A stretch of DNA of 63,552 nt, counting the filler, from Octopus bimaculoides (taxonomy: Eukaryota): assembly GCF_001194135.2 (NCBI RefSeq). It is 6 parts of 5 records of this genome, joined end to end, with 100 filler letters (N's around TTAATTAATTAA, not from the genome) between each part and the next. Parts side by side here need not be neighbours in the genome. Positions count along the whole stretch, not along the records: positions 19,201 to 44,330 come from NC_068994.1; positions 44,431 to 63,552 come from NC_068983.1; 4 more parts are not named here. One strand, given 5' to 3'. The notes under the pieces are model-generated. The model was not told the origin of the DNA, ran no database searches, and saw only the letters and a list, made by a program, of their open reading frames with translations. A program made the translations under genes and the position numbers. Of this stretch, positions 38,334 through 51,914 are shown one piece after another; positions within the stretch are counted from its first letter, which is position 1, and every line of letters begins with the position of its first letter.

Positions 38334-39780
38334 AAACTCTTTCTTACAAACTAAAAAGAATAAACCTCTGCAGGTCAGAGGTTAGAGTGGGCTTTCTGGT
38401 CTTTATCTCGAATGCAAGGTGACAATCCCGAATCCCGTGAATATTGGAGAGAGCTGAGTGACCCTTAGCTAAAAACCAACACAACAAAATTATGGGGATC
38501 GTAAAGGGCTGAGCTGTCCATAACTACAAATATTGTAATTTGAACTCACGCTTATAGAATGGGATGCGTAGCCATTAACTACAAATCTATCGCAAAAGAA
38601 TCCTTGACTGTCACAGTTGGTTGTGTATCCCTTGAGTACGAACCCAAGACAATAAAGACATCAATTCAAGAGTGTGTTCTGTAGTCTGAACCCAACACGA
38701 TAACCCCTCATGTATCTCTCTTTCCAATTCATAGCATCATGGAGTTAGACCACTACATGCCGCTATAACAAGACTTATAAACATTAAAAAAAGAACATTG
38801 AAAAGAATGAAATAAAAAAAAAACCACACATACCATCTGAACTATCATCGACCCCAGCAAATCACCTCGTTCTATCATCTGGATACTAATGTGTATTGCA
38901 CAATTACGCATAATGTCTTCTGAGCGAATTTGGTAAATGGAAACTGTACGGAAGCTCATCGCGTGTGTGTGTGTCTTTTTGTTCGTGTTTGTCACCCAAG
39001 CTACCACTTGACAGCCAGTGTTAACGTCCCTGTAACTTAGCAGTTTGACAAAAGAAGCTGATAGAATAAACACCGCTCTTGGAAAAAAAATAAGCAGGAA
39101 GGGCGTTTTGATCGACTAATCTCTTCCAACTACCATTGACCTTAGCAAATCATCTGATTCCATAACACTTAAATCCCATACACTAAGGCCCCGGTTTGAC
39201 CAATGCATTGTGAGGGATTTTGAGAGATNNNNNNNNNNNNNNNNNNNNNNNNNNNNNNNNNNNNNNNNNNNNNNNNNNNNNNNNNNNNNNNNNNNNNNNN
39301 NNNNNNNNNNNNNNNGTGTGTGTGTCTTTTTGTTCGTGTTTGTCACCCAAGCTACCACTTGACAGCCAGTGTTAACGTCCCTGTAACTTAGCAGTTTGGT
39401 AAGAAAGGCCGATAAAACAATCACCACAGTTTTAAAAAATAGTACAGAAAATACTGAGGGCGATTCGATCGGTTAAACCTTTCACCTACCATTGACCTCA
39501 GCAAATCTGACTCCATCTATTCCTTAAGTATCTTACACGAGAGCCCCGGTCTGACCAGTGCCTTGTGAGTGAATTTGGTAAAAGAAATCTGCGTTGAAAC
39601 TCGCTGTGTGTATGTTTGTGCGTGTATTTTTGTGTTTGTGTCTGTCCCATCCAATCCACCTCTTGAGAACCGGTATTTACATACCCATAACTTAGCGGTT
39701 CGGCAAAAGGCAAAATAGGCTGATAAAATAAGTACTACACTTCAAAGAATAAGTACTGAGTGTGATTTGACTGACTAAAC

Positions 39781-40068
39781 CAGGAGTTCTCAACTATTTT
39801 GTATCTATGGACCCCCCTCTGTTTACACTTTCATTCTGGTGGACCCCCATGGCCATTCGATATTTCAAAACTAGTTTTATACAAAACTTCTTTCAAAATC
39901 CCTATTTTGTTTTTCACACATCAACTTTTGTAGGTTGAATTATATAAATTTTAAGAGAACGAAACCCAGCTGTTTCTTGCAATACATACCAATACATCCA
40001 TCTAAAGCAACAAAAAAAATCTTATATGGACGTTCAGGGGCCATACGGACCCCGGTTGAGAACCATTG
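39781..40068. mobile_element. hAT (Charlie-like) MITE inserted in a SINE tail
   Basis: Ends CAGGAGTTCTCAAC / GTTGAGAACCATTG. 8-bp TSD GACTAAAC / GACTAAAA. Confidence 0.8.
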
Positions 40069-40199
40069 GACTAAAACCTTTTAACTAGCATCGATCTCAG
40101 TAAGTTATCCGACTCCATCGTCCTCTTCTTATTTTATGAACAAACTACAATACACTTCTTTGATGAAACAGAAGAAACCGCTGGCTGGCAGGTTGGCTG

Positions 40200-40640
40200 G
40201 CTGGCTAGCTGACTCAGGCCAACGACCCTGTGTTACAGTAAAGTTTCTTACAAAGACATCACAGCCACATTTTTCTACCATTCCCCAGAGTCAGCTGCAC
40301 AACTTCTCCAAGTCTTCACCAGCTACGTAGAAACCTGGCTCCAAGATAGCAGACATAAACGTTAGCATCAAATAAATCCACCATATCTTCTTTTCTTGCC
40401 AACAATACTAAAGAATATTAAATATTAAATACATTACACTAAATAACTTAAATATATTACACACACTCAAGAGAAAACTAACAGAACATACAACAACACT
40501 TCCACAACATTCACATCACACATAGAAGACATAATAAAGAAAAGAAAATGACATATACGAAGGTACATACTAAAAATAATCACAAATAACACATTCGACA
40601 AACAGAAGGAAACAGACATAATGATATATACGAACTACGT
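40200..40640 (+). mobile_element. Decayed A/C-rich non-LTR RT fragment
   Basis: YKDITATFFYHSPESAAQLLQVFTSYVETWLQDSRHK resembles the YADD...LQ..L..W..NRLK region. Confidence 0.5.
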
Positions 40641-40814
40641 TAAAACTACTATAGCATTGAAATGTCAGAGCCGTTCGCGCATAGCACAAGATATATTGTT
40701 CAGACTCGAGTATTGCAGAAGTCACTTTTTTTTAATACTTTCGGGTTCGATTAAATAAATGTTGTGCAGTAGACTGGCGGCTTTCTTTTTTTTTTTTTTC
40801 GCCCTTTTAAAGCC

Positions 40815-41043
40815 TAGCCAGGCTCATGGGCCCGATTTTCCGGTTTCAATGGCGTATGTGTTCTCCAGCTGGACGGGACGCCAGTCCATCGCAGCTTTTT
40901 ACTAATTTTTGCCAGCTGAGTGGACTGGAGCAACGTGAAATGGTGTGTTTTGCTCAAGAACACAACGCGTCGCCCGGTCCAGGAATCGAAACCACAATCT
41001 TGCGATCATGATGCTGACACCCTAACCACTAAGCCACGCGCCC
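40815..41043 (-). mobile_element. SINE family C variant
   Basis: Reverse tRNA-like head GGGCGCGTGGCTTAGTGGTTAGGGTGTCAG and CORE-like segment. Confidence 0.75.
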
Positions 41044-41464
41044 ATTAACTGCCAAATTTTTATATTTATATCTTTTGGCTATACCAGGTGTCTTAGGAGT
41101 TAAAAATAATATATAGTATTTAAATTTTCTTCATATGTGAATTATTTTGGAAATGATAAATTTTTCGAAAAGTCCCAAATTGGGATCGCTGAAAAAAAAA
41201 AAACATATTTATCGCTTTCTATTCAAATGCAATAATAAACATTTTAGTTTTTTGTTTAAAAAAAACTGTAGTATCAAATGCAGACACAAACATACAGGTA
41301 CTACGACATACTGCCATACAACCACACAGTACCACGCACACATGCTACCACACACATACACATGCACACACACACACGCATACATACACATCACCGATAC
41401 AATACATACAAACACCACACACATATACCACACAGATACATACACCACACACACACACACACAT

Positions 41465-41632
41465 ATATACGACGGGCTTCTTTCAGTTTCCGTCTACCAA
41501 ATCCACTCACAAGGCTTTGGTCGGCCCGAGGCTATAGTAGACGACACTTCCCCAAGGTGCCACGCAGTAGGACTGAACCCGGAACCATGTGGTTGGTAAG
41601 CAAGCTACTTACCACACAGCCAATCCTGCACC
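41465..41632 (-). mobile_element. SINE family A, 5' half
   Basis: Reverse complement of the family A head. Confidence 0.85.
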
Positions 41633-42111
41633 TATATATGTATATATGTGTGTGGGTGTGTGTGTGTGCGTGTATATATATATATATGTATATATATTTA
41701 TTTGTATGTGCACACAACCACGCCCACGTACCCACACATACACACACACACACACGTGCGCCCACGCACGCACACACACACACACACATAAGTATGCACA
41801 CACATACCACTAGAACGCCAACAGTCTTCTACATCTCTCGGAATGATTTTTTCTATTTCCAAATATTGGCAATTGACACTGAAAATTAGTGGAGAGGTCA
41901 GAGTTCGGCCTTAATTAACCACTGTTTGGTCGAGCATCAGAAGTCTGGTTCCTTGGTGATAGTCAGGTCAGTTTTTATCCCTGTGAACTGACTGAGCTAC
42001 CAACAGGCTTGGGGTTTGTACCTGATCGAATCTGACAGCATTTCAATACTGTCCTTCGATTTTCTGTCATCAATTTTATACAGCCTTTGGTTTCTTGGTG
42101 TAATCTGACTG

Positions 42112-42143
<32 letters not shown>

Positions 42144-43373
42144 CCGCTCTCTCTCTCCCTCTCTCTAAATGTCTGTCAGTATTTCTGGCTGTCTCTCTTC
42201 CCTCTCCTCCACACTCTCCTTATTCTCTCTCTCTCTCTCTCTGTCCCTCTTTCTTTCTCTCTCTCCCTCTGTTTGTCACTTTCTCTCTCCCCCAGCCTCC
42301 CTGTCTCACTTTCCCTCTCTCTGTATTTGATTTTCGTCTGTGTATATACGTAGGTATATATATATATACGAATGTGGGTATGAGCTTTTAGATGTATACA
42401 TTCACACACGCACACGCACATGTATGTATGTATGTATGTATGTATTATGTGTGAGTTCGCGCGCGCGAGTGTGTGTTCTCTTCTTGACTGCACTTTCAGC
42501 TTTTATTTTTACCCGTCGCCTACTAAGACGGCAAATTTTTGCAAAGTAAATACATAATGTGATAAAAATAACGAATTTTTGTTTTTAAATAGGTATCTTG
42601 TTCTTTGTATCATCTTTCCGGCAACCATTTAATGTACCTTTTACATTTCAAGAAAGTTTTGCATATTTTGTATTGTCCCCAGTTATGGGGTTTCGTCCGT
42701 ACCGTTTGAATTACAGATTTGTATTCTTTTCCCCAAAAATCCATGGCTAACGGTCTGTACGTATAAGTGTTTCTAATTTTACCTTGACACAAGGTAAACG
42801 CGGTGAGCTGGCAGAATCGTTCGCACGCCGGACAAAATGCTTAGCGGTATTTCGTCTGCCGATACGTTCTGAGTTCAAATTCCGCCGAGGTCGACTTTGC
42901 CTTTCATCCTTTCAGTACCAGTTACTAGTGTTGGTATGCTTATGTTCCCCGTAATTTAGCGGTTCTGCGCGCAAAAGAGACTGGTTGAATAATTCGTTAC
43001 TAGGCTTTAAAAAAATAATATATGAATATATGTCCAGTTGTGAGAGAAGAAAATGCAAAAACAACCCAAATAACAAACAAAAAAAAAAAACTTACGTGAT
43101 AGGAAATTTCTGAGGGCATTTCTGAACCCAGCACCATCAAATTAGATAGGACTAATTGTAAAAAAAAGTGAAGGCGCATGGCTCAGTTGTTAGAGCATCG
43201 GGCTCACAATCATGAAGTAGTAAGTTCGATTTTTATTTCACGATGCACCAATAAACTCAAAAGAGACAGATAGAATAAGTACTAGGCTTACAAAGAATAA
43301 GTCCTGGGGTCGATTTGCTCGACTAAAAAAGGCGGTGCTCCAGCATGGCCGCAGTCAAATGACTGAAACGAGT

Positions 43374-43417
<44 letters not shown>

Positions 43418-43453
43418 ATAGTTTTGAATCAGCATGCCAATTATGGTCTAAAT

Positions 43454-43614
43454 CAGTGCTCCGCAACCGGTATGTCGTGGCACACATGTGTGCCACGAGA
43501 CGATGCTAGATGTGCTGTAGTGTAACCTGAATATAATATCTTAGTTCAGGTGTGCCGCCGAATTTTGAAAAAAATATAAGTGTACCGCAAGTGAAAAAAG
43601 GTTGCAGGGCGTTG
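43454..43614. mobile_element. Short hAT-type MITE with internal 24-bp perfect palindrome
   Basis: Ends CAGTGCTCCGCAACC / GGTTGCAGGGCGTTG. TSD GTCTAAAT / GTCAAAAT. Palindrome TCGTGGCACACATGTGTGCCACGA at 43475-43498. Confidence 0.7.
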
Positions 43615-44430
43615 GTCAAAATCAGGTGAAAAAAACAAACTCAACAGACATTACGTTCAAAATTGTTCCCGTTTTATCATTAATATTACCGAGGTTTGAT
43701 CCTTCCGAAATGGAAACAAATACCAGTAATATGATGCGGTTGATTAAATCTATGACACTCGTCACCTTAAGCGTGCGGCTTATGAGCTGATTTCGAAATC
43801 AATATCAATGTGATATTAATTTACTTTGGCGGTCATGAATTCAATAACTCCCTGCCAGATGTCGCTTTTTCCTAATCCTTCAACTTTGTACACACACACT
43901 TACACACGCACACACATACATGTATGTACACATTCATACAAACACACACACACATATATACATACACTAAGATAAACACATACATGTACAAGCTGACACA
44001 AACACAGACATACATACATACATACACACACACATATATTCGTACGAAGGCACGCGCAAGGATATACATATCCATGTATATTAACACAAACAGTCACACA
44101 AACATACATACATTCATTCTCACTGACATACACTCAATCAAACATATACATACGTACACATACACATAAATTTCCAATGGGACGCATTTTTTTTTTTTTT
44201 TTGATAAATGGGATCTCCGTCTGTTTCGACGATTCGCACATTCCAAGTAGCTCCTATCTTGGCCGCACTCGCGGTCCAAGAATTCATTCACAACCCCTCC
44301 CGCCTAGTACAGGATAATATAATCGTTATCNNNNNNNNNNNNNNNNNNNNNNNNNNNNNNNNNNNNNNNNNNNNTTAATTAATTAANNNNNNNNNNNNNN
44401 NNNNNNNNNNNNNNNNNNNNNNNNNNNNNN

Positions 44431-44464
<34 letters not shown>

Positions 44465-44721
44465 TATTATGTATGTATGTATGTATGTATATATGCTCAT
44501 GTATGTAGTGTGTAATGATATATGTATGTATGTATGTAATTAGAGTTATTGATTCATTACTAGACTATTTAATTTTCCAACACACAAAATAATTCTCTGA
44601 TCTTTCCGATGAGATTCCTAAGTTGAAATGTAAGTGCAAATCACTTTAGATATTCATTTACACTTGTACATATATATATGAGTATATATACATACATACA
44701 TACATGCATACATACATAATA

Positions 44722-44768
<47 letters not shown>

Positions 44769-45379
44769 TATGTATGAATGTACCTATGCATATATATGTG
44801 TATATAAATATATAATACATATATATGTATAAATGCATGTATGTATTGATATATATATATATATATATGTTTGTATGTATATATAAATATGTGTGTATTT
44901 ATCTTTATATATGTATTGATTCTCAACTAACATCTAGCTAAGTGCGTTGCTGTGTAATCACAGCACCATCAGAGGTCAAAATATGACTTCTTATGAGTCT
45001 GTGATTACAAAGCAAAAACAGTTAGCTAGCCGTAAGTCGTGATTCATTTTTTTTTTTTGTTTTAAATGGTACCGTGCGTGTAAAATGCATTGATTATTTT
45101 ATTGAAGCGTAGTTTTCTCGAGCGTTTGATGAAATATGTTTCATATAGATGTTCGGGGACTTGTATCTGTGTATGAGTGTCTGTCTGTGCGTGAGTGTTT
45201 ATCTTATTGTGGATTTTTTTTATATTCGTTTTTTCTTAGGGGCAAACAGCTGTATATGTAATTACTCATAACAAATGTAACAACGTATTAAAAATTCCTA
45301 CAATAATGTATTTTATTATTAACTGAAGCTGACACACAATCGATTCTTCTTTCCTTGGACTAGATTTTTCTCTTTTTTC

Positions 45380-45419
<40 letters not shown>

Positions 45420-47485
45420 CGTGTATGTGTGTGTATGCGTGTATTTATAAGGTCTCCATTTATTTTTCAAAATATTGTTCGACATTTGCCTTCACTATTT
45501 ATTGAACACTTCATTCTTCCAACGATATATGCGTGTATGTATTTTTCATATTTTTGCGTGTGTATATATGTGCACAGCCTAGTGGTTAGGCTGCTGCACT
45601 CATGATCTAGTGGTCGTAGTTTCGATTCCCAGGCCGGTCAGTGCATTGTGTTCTTGAACAAAACACTTAATTTTGTGTTGCTCCAATCCGTCTTTCGATT
45701 ACAGGGAATGTTGGCTTGCCTGTCTAGCCATCGGGTTGGCGTCATTCGAAGGCTAAAAGGCTGCAAAGTCCATTGTGGCCAGCGAGATGTAAGAGCAGCT
45801 GATAGTCTGATAAAGTGATCACGTGATGAGTGGGTGTGTACAGAACTTACATATACCCAAGAATAAATATTAGAACCATTTTACCACTGATTAGGAAAAA
45901 TATCTAACCTAGCTACTTGGCAAAGCAATTCGTGAGACTATCTCTTGAATTATCGTATCCAAATAAGGAAAAAGAAAAATAAATCCTACAAAATTTTGAA
46001 AGATACTCAAAAATATAACACAAATCATACTTTATATTCTGACTTTATTATCCTTATTTATGAATGTTGTATTAATATTAAATGTTTGTTTGTGAAAAAC
46101 CTGGATTTACACAGAATATGGGATTTGAATATGCAGGTGTAAAGGAATAGACCTTTTCATAGGACTTTGAACTCTTATTTTCCAAACTTTACAGTGATGA
46201 CTGCGCCCACTTAAGAATCAAAACAATCTTTTTCTTCTTCCTCTCTTTTCTTATCTTTCTCATTCTATTTCCTAAATTTGACATCTTGAAATATCATCTA
46301 GCCCTTGTGAGAAAATGTGTTTGTTTACAAATATGTCGATAGATATAAAATGAGAAAGGTATAGGGAAAATTAGAGAAAAAAGGAAAATTACTTTGTAAT
46401 GAATTTTCAGAGGGTTAACCACATGAATTGAAAAGAAATCTCTTTCTCTCTCTATCTATCTCTCCGCTCTCTTTCATTTTCTTCCTCATCCAAATATATT
46501 TTTCTTCTTCCTCACTTATCTACAAAGCAATGTAATTGAAAAGAAACCTTTCTCTGTCCATTTCCACCTCCTTGCTTTTCCTTCTCTCCGCCCCCAACCC
46601 CATTTTTTTTCTCTTCTAAACAAAGCAAAAAGCATCCTATTCAAATAAAAGAACAAGGAAACGTTCTGTTTTTATTATTTTGGCTTTAATATTATCTTGA
46701 CGAGTTCGATAAAGGAACGAACGCGCTAATGAAGAATTATTCACAATTGTGACTGTCTCCATTCTCTCTCTCTCTCTCCTCTCTTACTCTTTATATACAT
46801 ATGTATGTGTGTATATATATATAAAGATGTATATAAGTATGTATATATATATATATATATNNNNNNNNNNNNNNNNNNNNNNNNNNNNNNNNNNNNNNNN
46901 NNNNNNNNNNNNNNNNNNNNNNNNNNNNNNNNNNNNNNNNNNNNNNNNNNNNNNNNNNNNNNNNNNNNNNNNNNNNNNNNNNNNNNNNNNNNNNNNNNNN
47001 NNNNNNNNNNNNNNNNNNNNNNNNNNNNNNNNNNNNNNTCTCTCTCTCTCTCCTCTCTTACTCTTTATATACATATGTATGTGTGTATATATATATAAAG
47101 CTGTATATACGTATATACATGGGTCAGTGGGTGGGTGTGGCGTGCACATGCGTATGTGTATTATATATGATATGTATATATGAATATAATGTAAAGCCAT
47201 CTAGAACAATATGTTGATATTAAAGTTTTCTCTGATGACAGTAAAACTTTAAAATTTACATGTTGCGTTGACTAACTGACCTTACCTAGTAAATATACTA
47301 AACCTTTCAGCCAATGTTAAGTATTTTTTTGAACTAATTTCCATTTACATCAAACGCGTCATTACGGTAATTACAATAAATCTTATTAAATTCTTTTTTG
47401 TCTACAAATCTTGATAACTAAGCCTAAACTTCCATCTCTCCAAATCTCCTTAAGTTGACTCTCAGATCAATGAAGAGATATTTTA

Positions 47486-47858
47486 TTCTTTTACTTGTTT
47501 CAGTCATTTGACTGCGGCCATGCTGGAGCACTGCTTTTTGTCGAACGAATCGGCCCCAGGACTTATTCTTCGTAAGCTTAGTACTTATTCTATTGCTATC
47601 TTCTGGCGAACCGCTAGTTTACTGGACGTAAAAAACACAGTTGTCAAGTGACGTTGGGAGGACAAAAACAGACACACAAATACATATCTGTATACTTATA
47701 CGAATGGCTTCTTTCAGTTTCCGCCTGCCAAATCCACTCACAAGGCTTTGGTCGGCCCGAGGCAATAGTAGAGGACACTTGCCCAAGGTACCACGCAGTG
47801 AGACCGAGCCCGAAACCATGTGGTTGAGAAACAAGCTTCTTACCACACGGTCACTCCT
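47486..47858 (-). mobile_element. SINE family A (full length)
   Basis: Collinear reverse complement of 15897-16250. Confidence 0.85.
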
Positions 47859-48487
47859 GAAAGTATCGTCCCACCTTTTTCTATCTTGTTTACTGTAACA
47901 TTATGAAGACATCGTCACTATACACATGATGACATCACTGTTACATCCCATAGAAATCTGACCAATATGCAGCTAAGGCCCCTCGTGGATAGGTTTCATC
48001 GTCATTGACTTCTCTTTCCGGACCCAGAAAAAAGGTTTCGGTACCCATCTTTTAATCAGTCTTTCCAAACCACGGATGAAATTTACTCACATCCACGCTT
48101 TTCTGTTATTCTCATCATCTAAGGATAACGATAAAGATCCTTCTCGAGTCACATAGATTCATAGTGCTGATTTCTCGGTTTCCCACCCTACTGGATAAGA
48201 CGCTAGTCCATCAGAGAATTACATATTTTTGCCAGCTGAGAGGACTGGAGCAACGTGAAATGAAGTTATTTTCTTAAGAACACAATGCGTTGCCCCATCC
48301 AGGAATCAAACCACAATCTTACGATCTTACAATTGTAAATACTGTTGATTTTATTTATGCGGCACAGGAATAACCCATGATCAGCAAGGTGGTTCTCCCC
48401 CAGTGAGGCATTTCCACTGCATTCCTGTGGGTTGACCTTTGCGATCGCTCTAAATATGAGCGACTCAGATGCACCTTTTCTTTGTGA

Positions 48488-48782
48488 AGACGTGTGGCTT
48501 ACTGACTAGAGTATTCAGCTCACGATCGTGAGGTCGTGAGTTCGGTTTCCGGCATCGAGTTTTGTCTTGAGAAAGGCACTTCATTTCACGTAACCCCAGT
48601 TCCCTCACCTGGCAAGCACGAAACATATCTTTAATACAAAGGTCCAAACTTTTTATATTCTGTGTCACGAAGTATGTTAAGGCTATACGTGTCTGAAGAG
48701 TGCTCAGCCACGTGCGTGCATGCAAGCATACAAAGGTTGTTCCATTGATCGGATCATCTGGAACCCTCGTTGTCGTAATCGA
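48488..48782 (+). mobile_element. SINE family C
   Basis: Collinear with 27816-28098. Confidence 0.8.
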
Positions 48783-49729
48783 TTTAGCCACGATTTAGCC
48801 CGCATGCAATTTTTGGACAGTTGGTTCAAGATTCAAATGTGACAATCACATGTTTCATTAGATTTAGTCGAGTAATTTCGAATACACTATTCACTTTTCT
48901 CTCCATTTATATTTTATTGCAGTATGTTGAGATTTTAAGAAGATTCGATTGCTATTTTTATTACGTCTAAGTGTTGCGTAGACACTATTTTGTGTTTATG
49001 TCAGAAGGCCATAAATCAGGTATAGGGCAGTCAATTAATGTAAGCCCAAACTGAATGAACTCAGAATAGAAACGGCCATTCTGATCACTTATATTCGAAG
49101 CGAAATCATTTCGGTTCTTCCTGTTTTACCATAGTTGATAAAATAAGTTACTAGTCATATTCTGGAATTGATTCAATGACCTCTCTGCCTACTCTAGAAA
49201 TGTATGATCTTATGCCAATAGTTTTAACATTTGTGATTAGTGCTATAATATTTTCGTCTCAGATGGAATAATTTCATTTACATACTACGGTGAAAATGAT
49301 TCGTTATTATGTTGCTCAACATAAGTATGTATGTGTAGTTGAAATTCCCAAAAGGGAATTGTAGAAAGTGCAAAATTATATATATTCACATTGTCTTTCA
49401 ATTCATTGTGCATTGCGTATTATTACCGCTGCAAGGTATTAAACATTGGCGTGGCATTCTAACTCAAAAGATTTAATTACTAAAATGATACATGATGAGA
49501 AAATGGAATCAACGTAACTTAAAGGCATTTTAATCTGCTGACTGAATTATTATCGTTTTGAATGAATTGAAGATGCTTTTTTTACATCTGTCACAACACA
49601 AGCATTCATATTCTATTCTCCTAATCTTCTCATTTCTCCTGGTATCTATGCATATAAGGGGCTGCATTTTATCTCTGCATAAGATTGTTGCAATCAGCAA
49701 TATAACGTTAGTATTTTTCTGTTAATATA

Positions 49730-50393
49730 TGTGGGCTCTTTAATAAGTATCCAGACTGTTGCTATAGTAACGAAGCTAAATCACGCAGAGTGAAGCTGCT
49801 TCGTACTGATTGACCGCGAACACTGCTGTGCTTGCGCTCTAAGATTTGCCGTTCTCGCTCAATTTCACTGTTTACAGCAGTGATTGGAAGGAAGGGGTGT
49901 AGGGCGTAATCGTCGCAATGATCATGACAGAGTAAGTTGAGCAGAAAATCTGCATCAAAGTTTGCCAAAAATCTTTGTGATACATACTCAGAAGCCTACG
50001 CACAGTTTTCATCGTTCTCGACACAAGCGAGATCTTGTGCAACTGAAACCCGATTGTCCTTTCGGTCAGCTGATAGCGGTTTTGACACAAGCTTGGCAGA
50101 CACTTATTTCATACCCAAATCTTCAGTGATAATGGACTGAACTGAACCGTAACTAATCTGTATATCCTCTGATAATCACGGATGGTGATTCGACGATTTC
50201 CTCTCGGGTGTACGCACATCTGCGATGTTCTTCTCAGTTCTGCTGGTTGCGGGTCTACCAGAACGTTCATCAATATCGACATTATTTCGGTCATCTTGGA
50301 AACATCTGAACCACTCGTACACTTGTGTGCGGCTGATTCACTCCTCTCCATACACTTTTTGCAAACTTGCGTAGGTCTCTAAGAAGGTATTGC
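49730..50393 (-). mobile_element. Second copy of the fold-back mariner derivative, one arm truncated
   Basis: Same terminus and same arm/transposase junction as 4119-5016, in the opposite orientation. Confidence 0.85.
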
Positions 50394-50451
50394 TATGACT
50401 ACGGAAAAGACCACGGTAACCTCACCAGGAATAGACACATGAAAGCAAGAT

Positions 50452-50487
<36 letters not shown>

Positions 50488-50669
50488 TCCCTCTCTCCCT
50501 CTCCCTCTCCCCCTCTCCCTCTCCCTCTCTTTTTATTTTTCTCGATTTACCGGATCATGATCAAAGAGGTATCGTCACTCGCACGCACCATCTTTGCTAC
50601 ATTCACCCACCTGTTAATGAAACTTTCACGAGAATAACCTGCCTCTCCATTCTCACCTTACTTTTCAAG

Positions 50670-50707
50670 TGGTACTTGAAAATGCTGATGAGCGATTGGC
50701 CAGAGAG
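50670..50707 (+). CDS. Candidate 38-nt internal exon (xVLENADERLARE, phase 1 to 0)
   Basis: Pyrimidine tract CCTCTCCATTCTCACCTTACTTTTCAAG, donor GAG|GTAAGT, TAAC branch-like motif upstream. Confidence 0.5.
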
Positions 50708-51210
50708 GTAAGTTTTCGTCTGTAATCCTTTCGCTCGGGTCTACCACACACATTCTTTCACCATGGCCACAGACAGACAGACAGACAGATGGCTAACTTG
50801 ATATACGACGAGGTTCTTTCAGATTTTGTCTACCAAATCCGCTCACAAGGCTCTGGCCATCCCCAGGCCATGTTAGAAGACTATTGCCTAAGGTTTCACG
50901 CAGTGAGGTTGAACCCAGAACCATATGGTTGGGAAGCAAACATCTTACCTCACAGCCACGCCTGCGCCTCGTATATATACGTATACGTGACTGTGTGCAT
51001 GTGTTTGTTTCTATGAGTGTGTGTGTAACGCAACATGGCTGCAGCTATGGAGCTTAGACTAGTAAAAATAGACAGACAGGAACAGGAAGATATGCAGAAG
51101 TAGCAGAAATGAAAGAAAGAAAGAAAAAAGAAGAAGAGGGGGAGGTGGAAGAGATTAGGGGTTGACGAAGAAGGATGGGGATGATGAAAAGCAGTAAGGA
51201 AGAAGGAAAA

Positions 51211-51251
<41 letters not shown>

Positions 51252-51881
51252 ATCAACTAGAAGGCAGTTTATAATTTATTGTAATGATTCAAACATGAAC
51301 ATACCACAGTACCACACACAAAAAAATTCTTTTGTGTTCCGTAGAATCGAATTCTTACCTTTTGTTGCTACAATTTTGGACAAGAATCTTATTTCTAATT
51401 AGTCAAATGATTCCCAAAGAGTATGCAGATATGCTGCTAGGCTCCCAGACCATGAATTCTGAATTCGCTTTGTATTAATATAACCGTTCTTAAGATTTCT
51501 TCCTGTAGACCTTCTTATATAAGTATTAATGGATGTTTCTCAATGACAAAAGAACGACCATTAATTATTTCCTGTTTTTCTTCTTTAAAGTTTAAACTTT
51601 GAATCGTCTCCAAAATAACCAAAAACAACAAAGATGGCGAGACATGAAATGAAGAGAACAAAAATACACGCAAAGAAACTAATAAAAATAATATTCAGAG
51701 TTGTATTTAAAGACAAAGCTTCGATGAGACAAGAAGCTAATAATGACAATGGAAGAAGACAAGAAAATGTAGATAACGACGGCGGTGGTCGTGGTGTTGC
51801 TGCTGCTGGTGTTGCGGCGATGAGGAATAGGAGGAACAAGAACAGGAAGATATGCAGAAGTAGCAGAAAAGAAGAAAGGAA

Positions 51882-51914
<33 letters not shown>

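Noticed and set aside
47220-47252. CTGATGA within a short hairpin (also 1892 on the minus strand, 19212, 21788) as a hammerhead core
   Set aside because: No GAAA with a paired stem II or a cleavage-site helix could be built.
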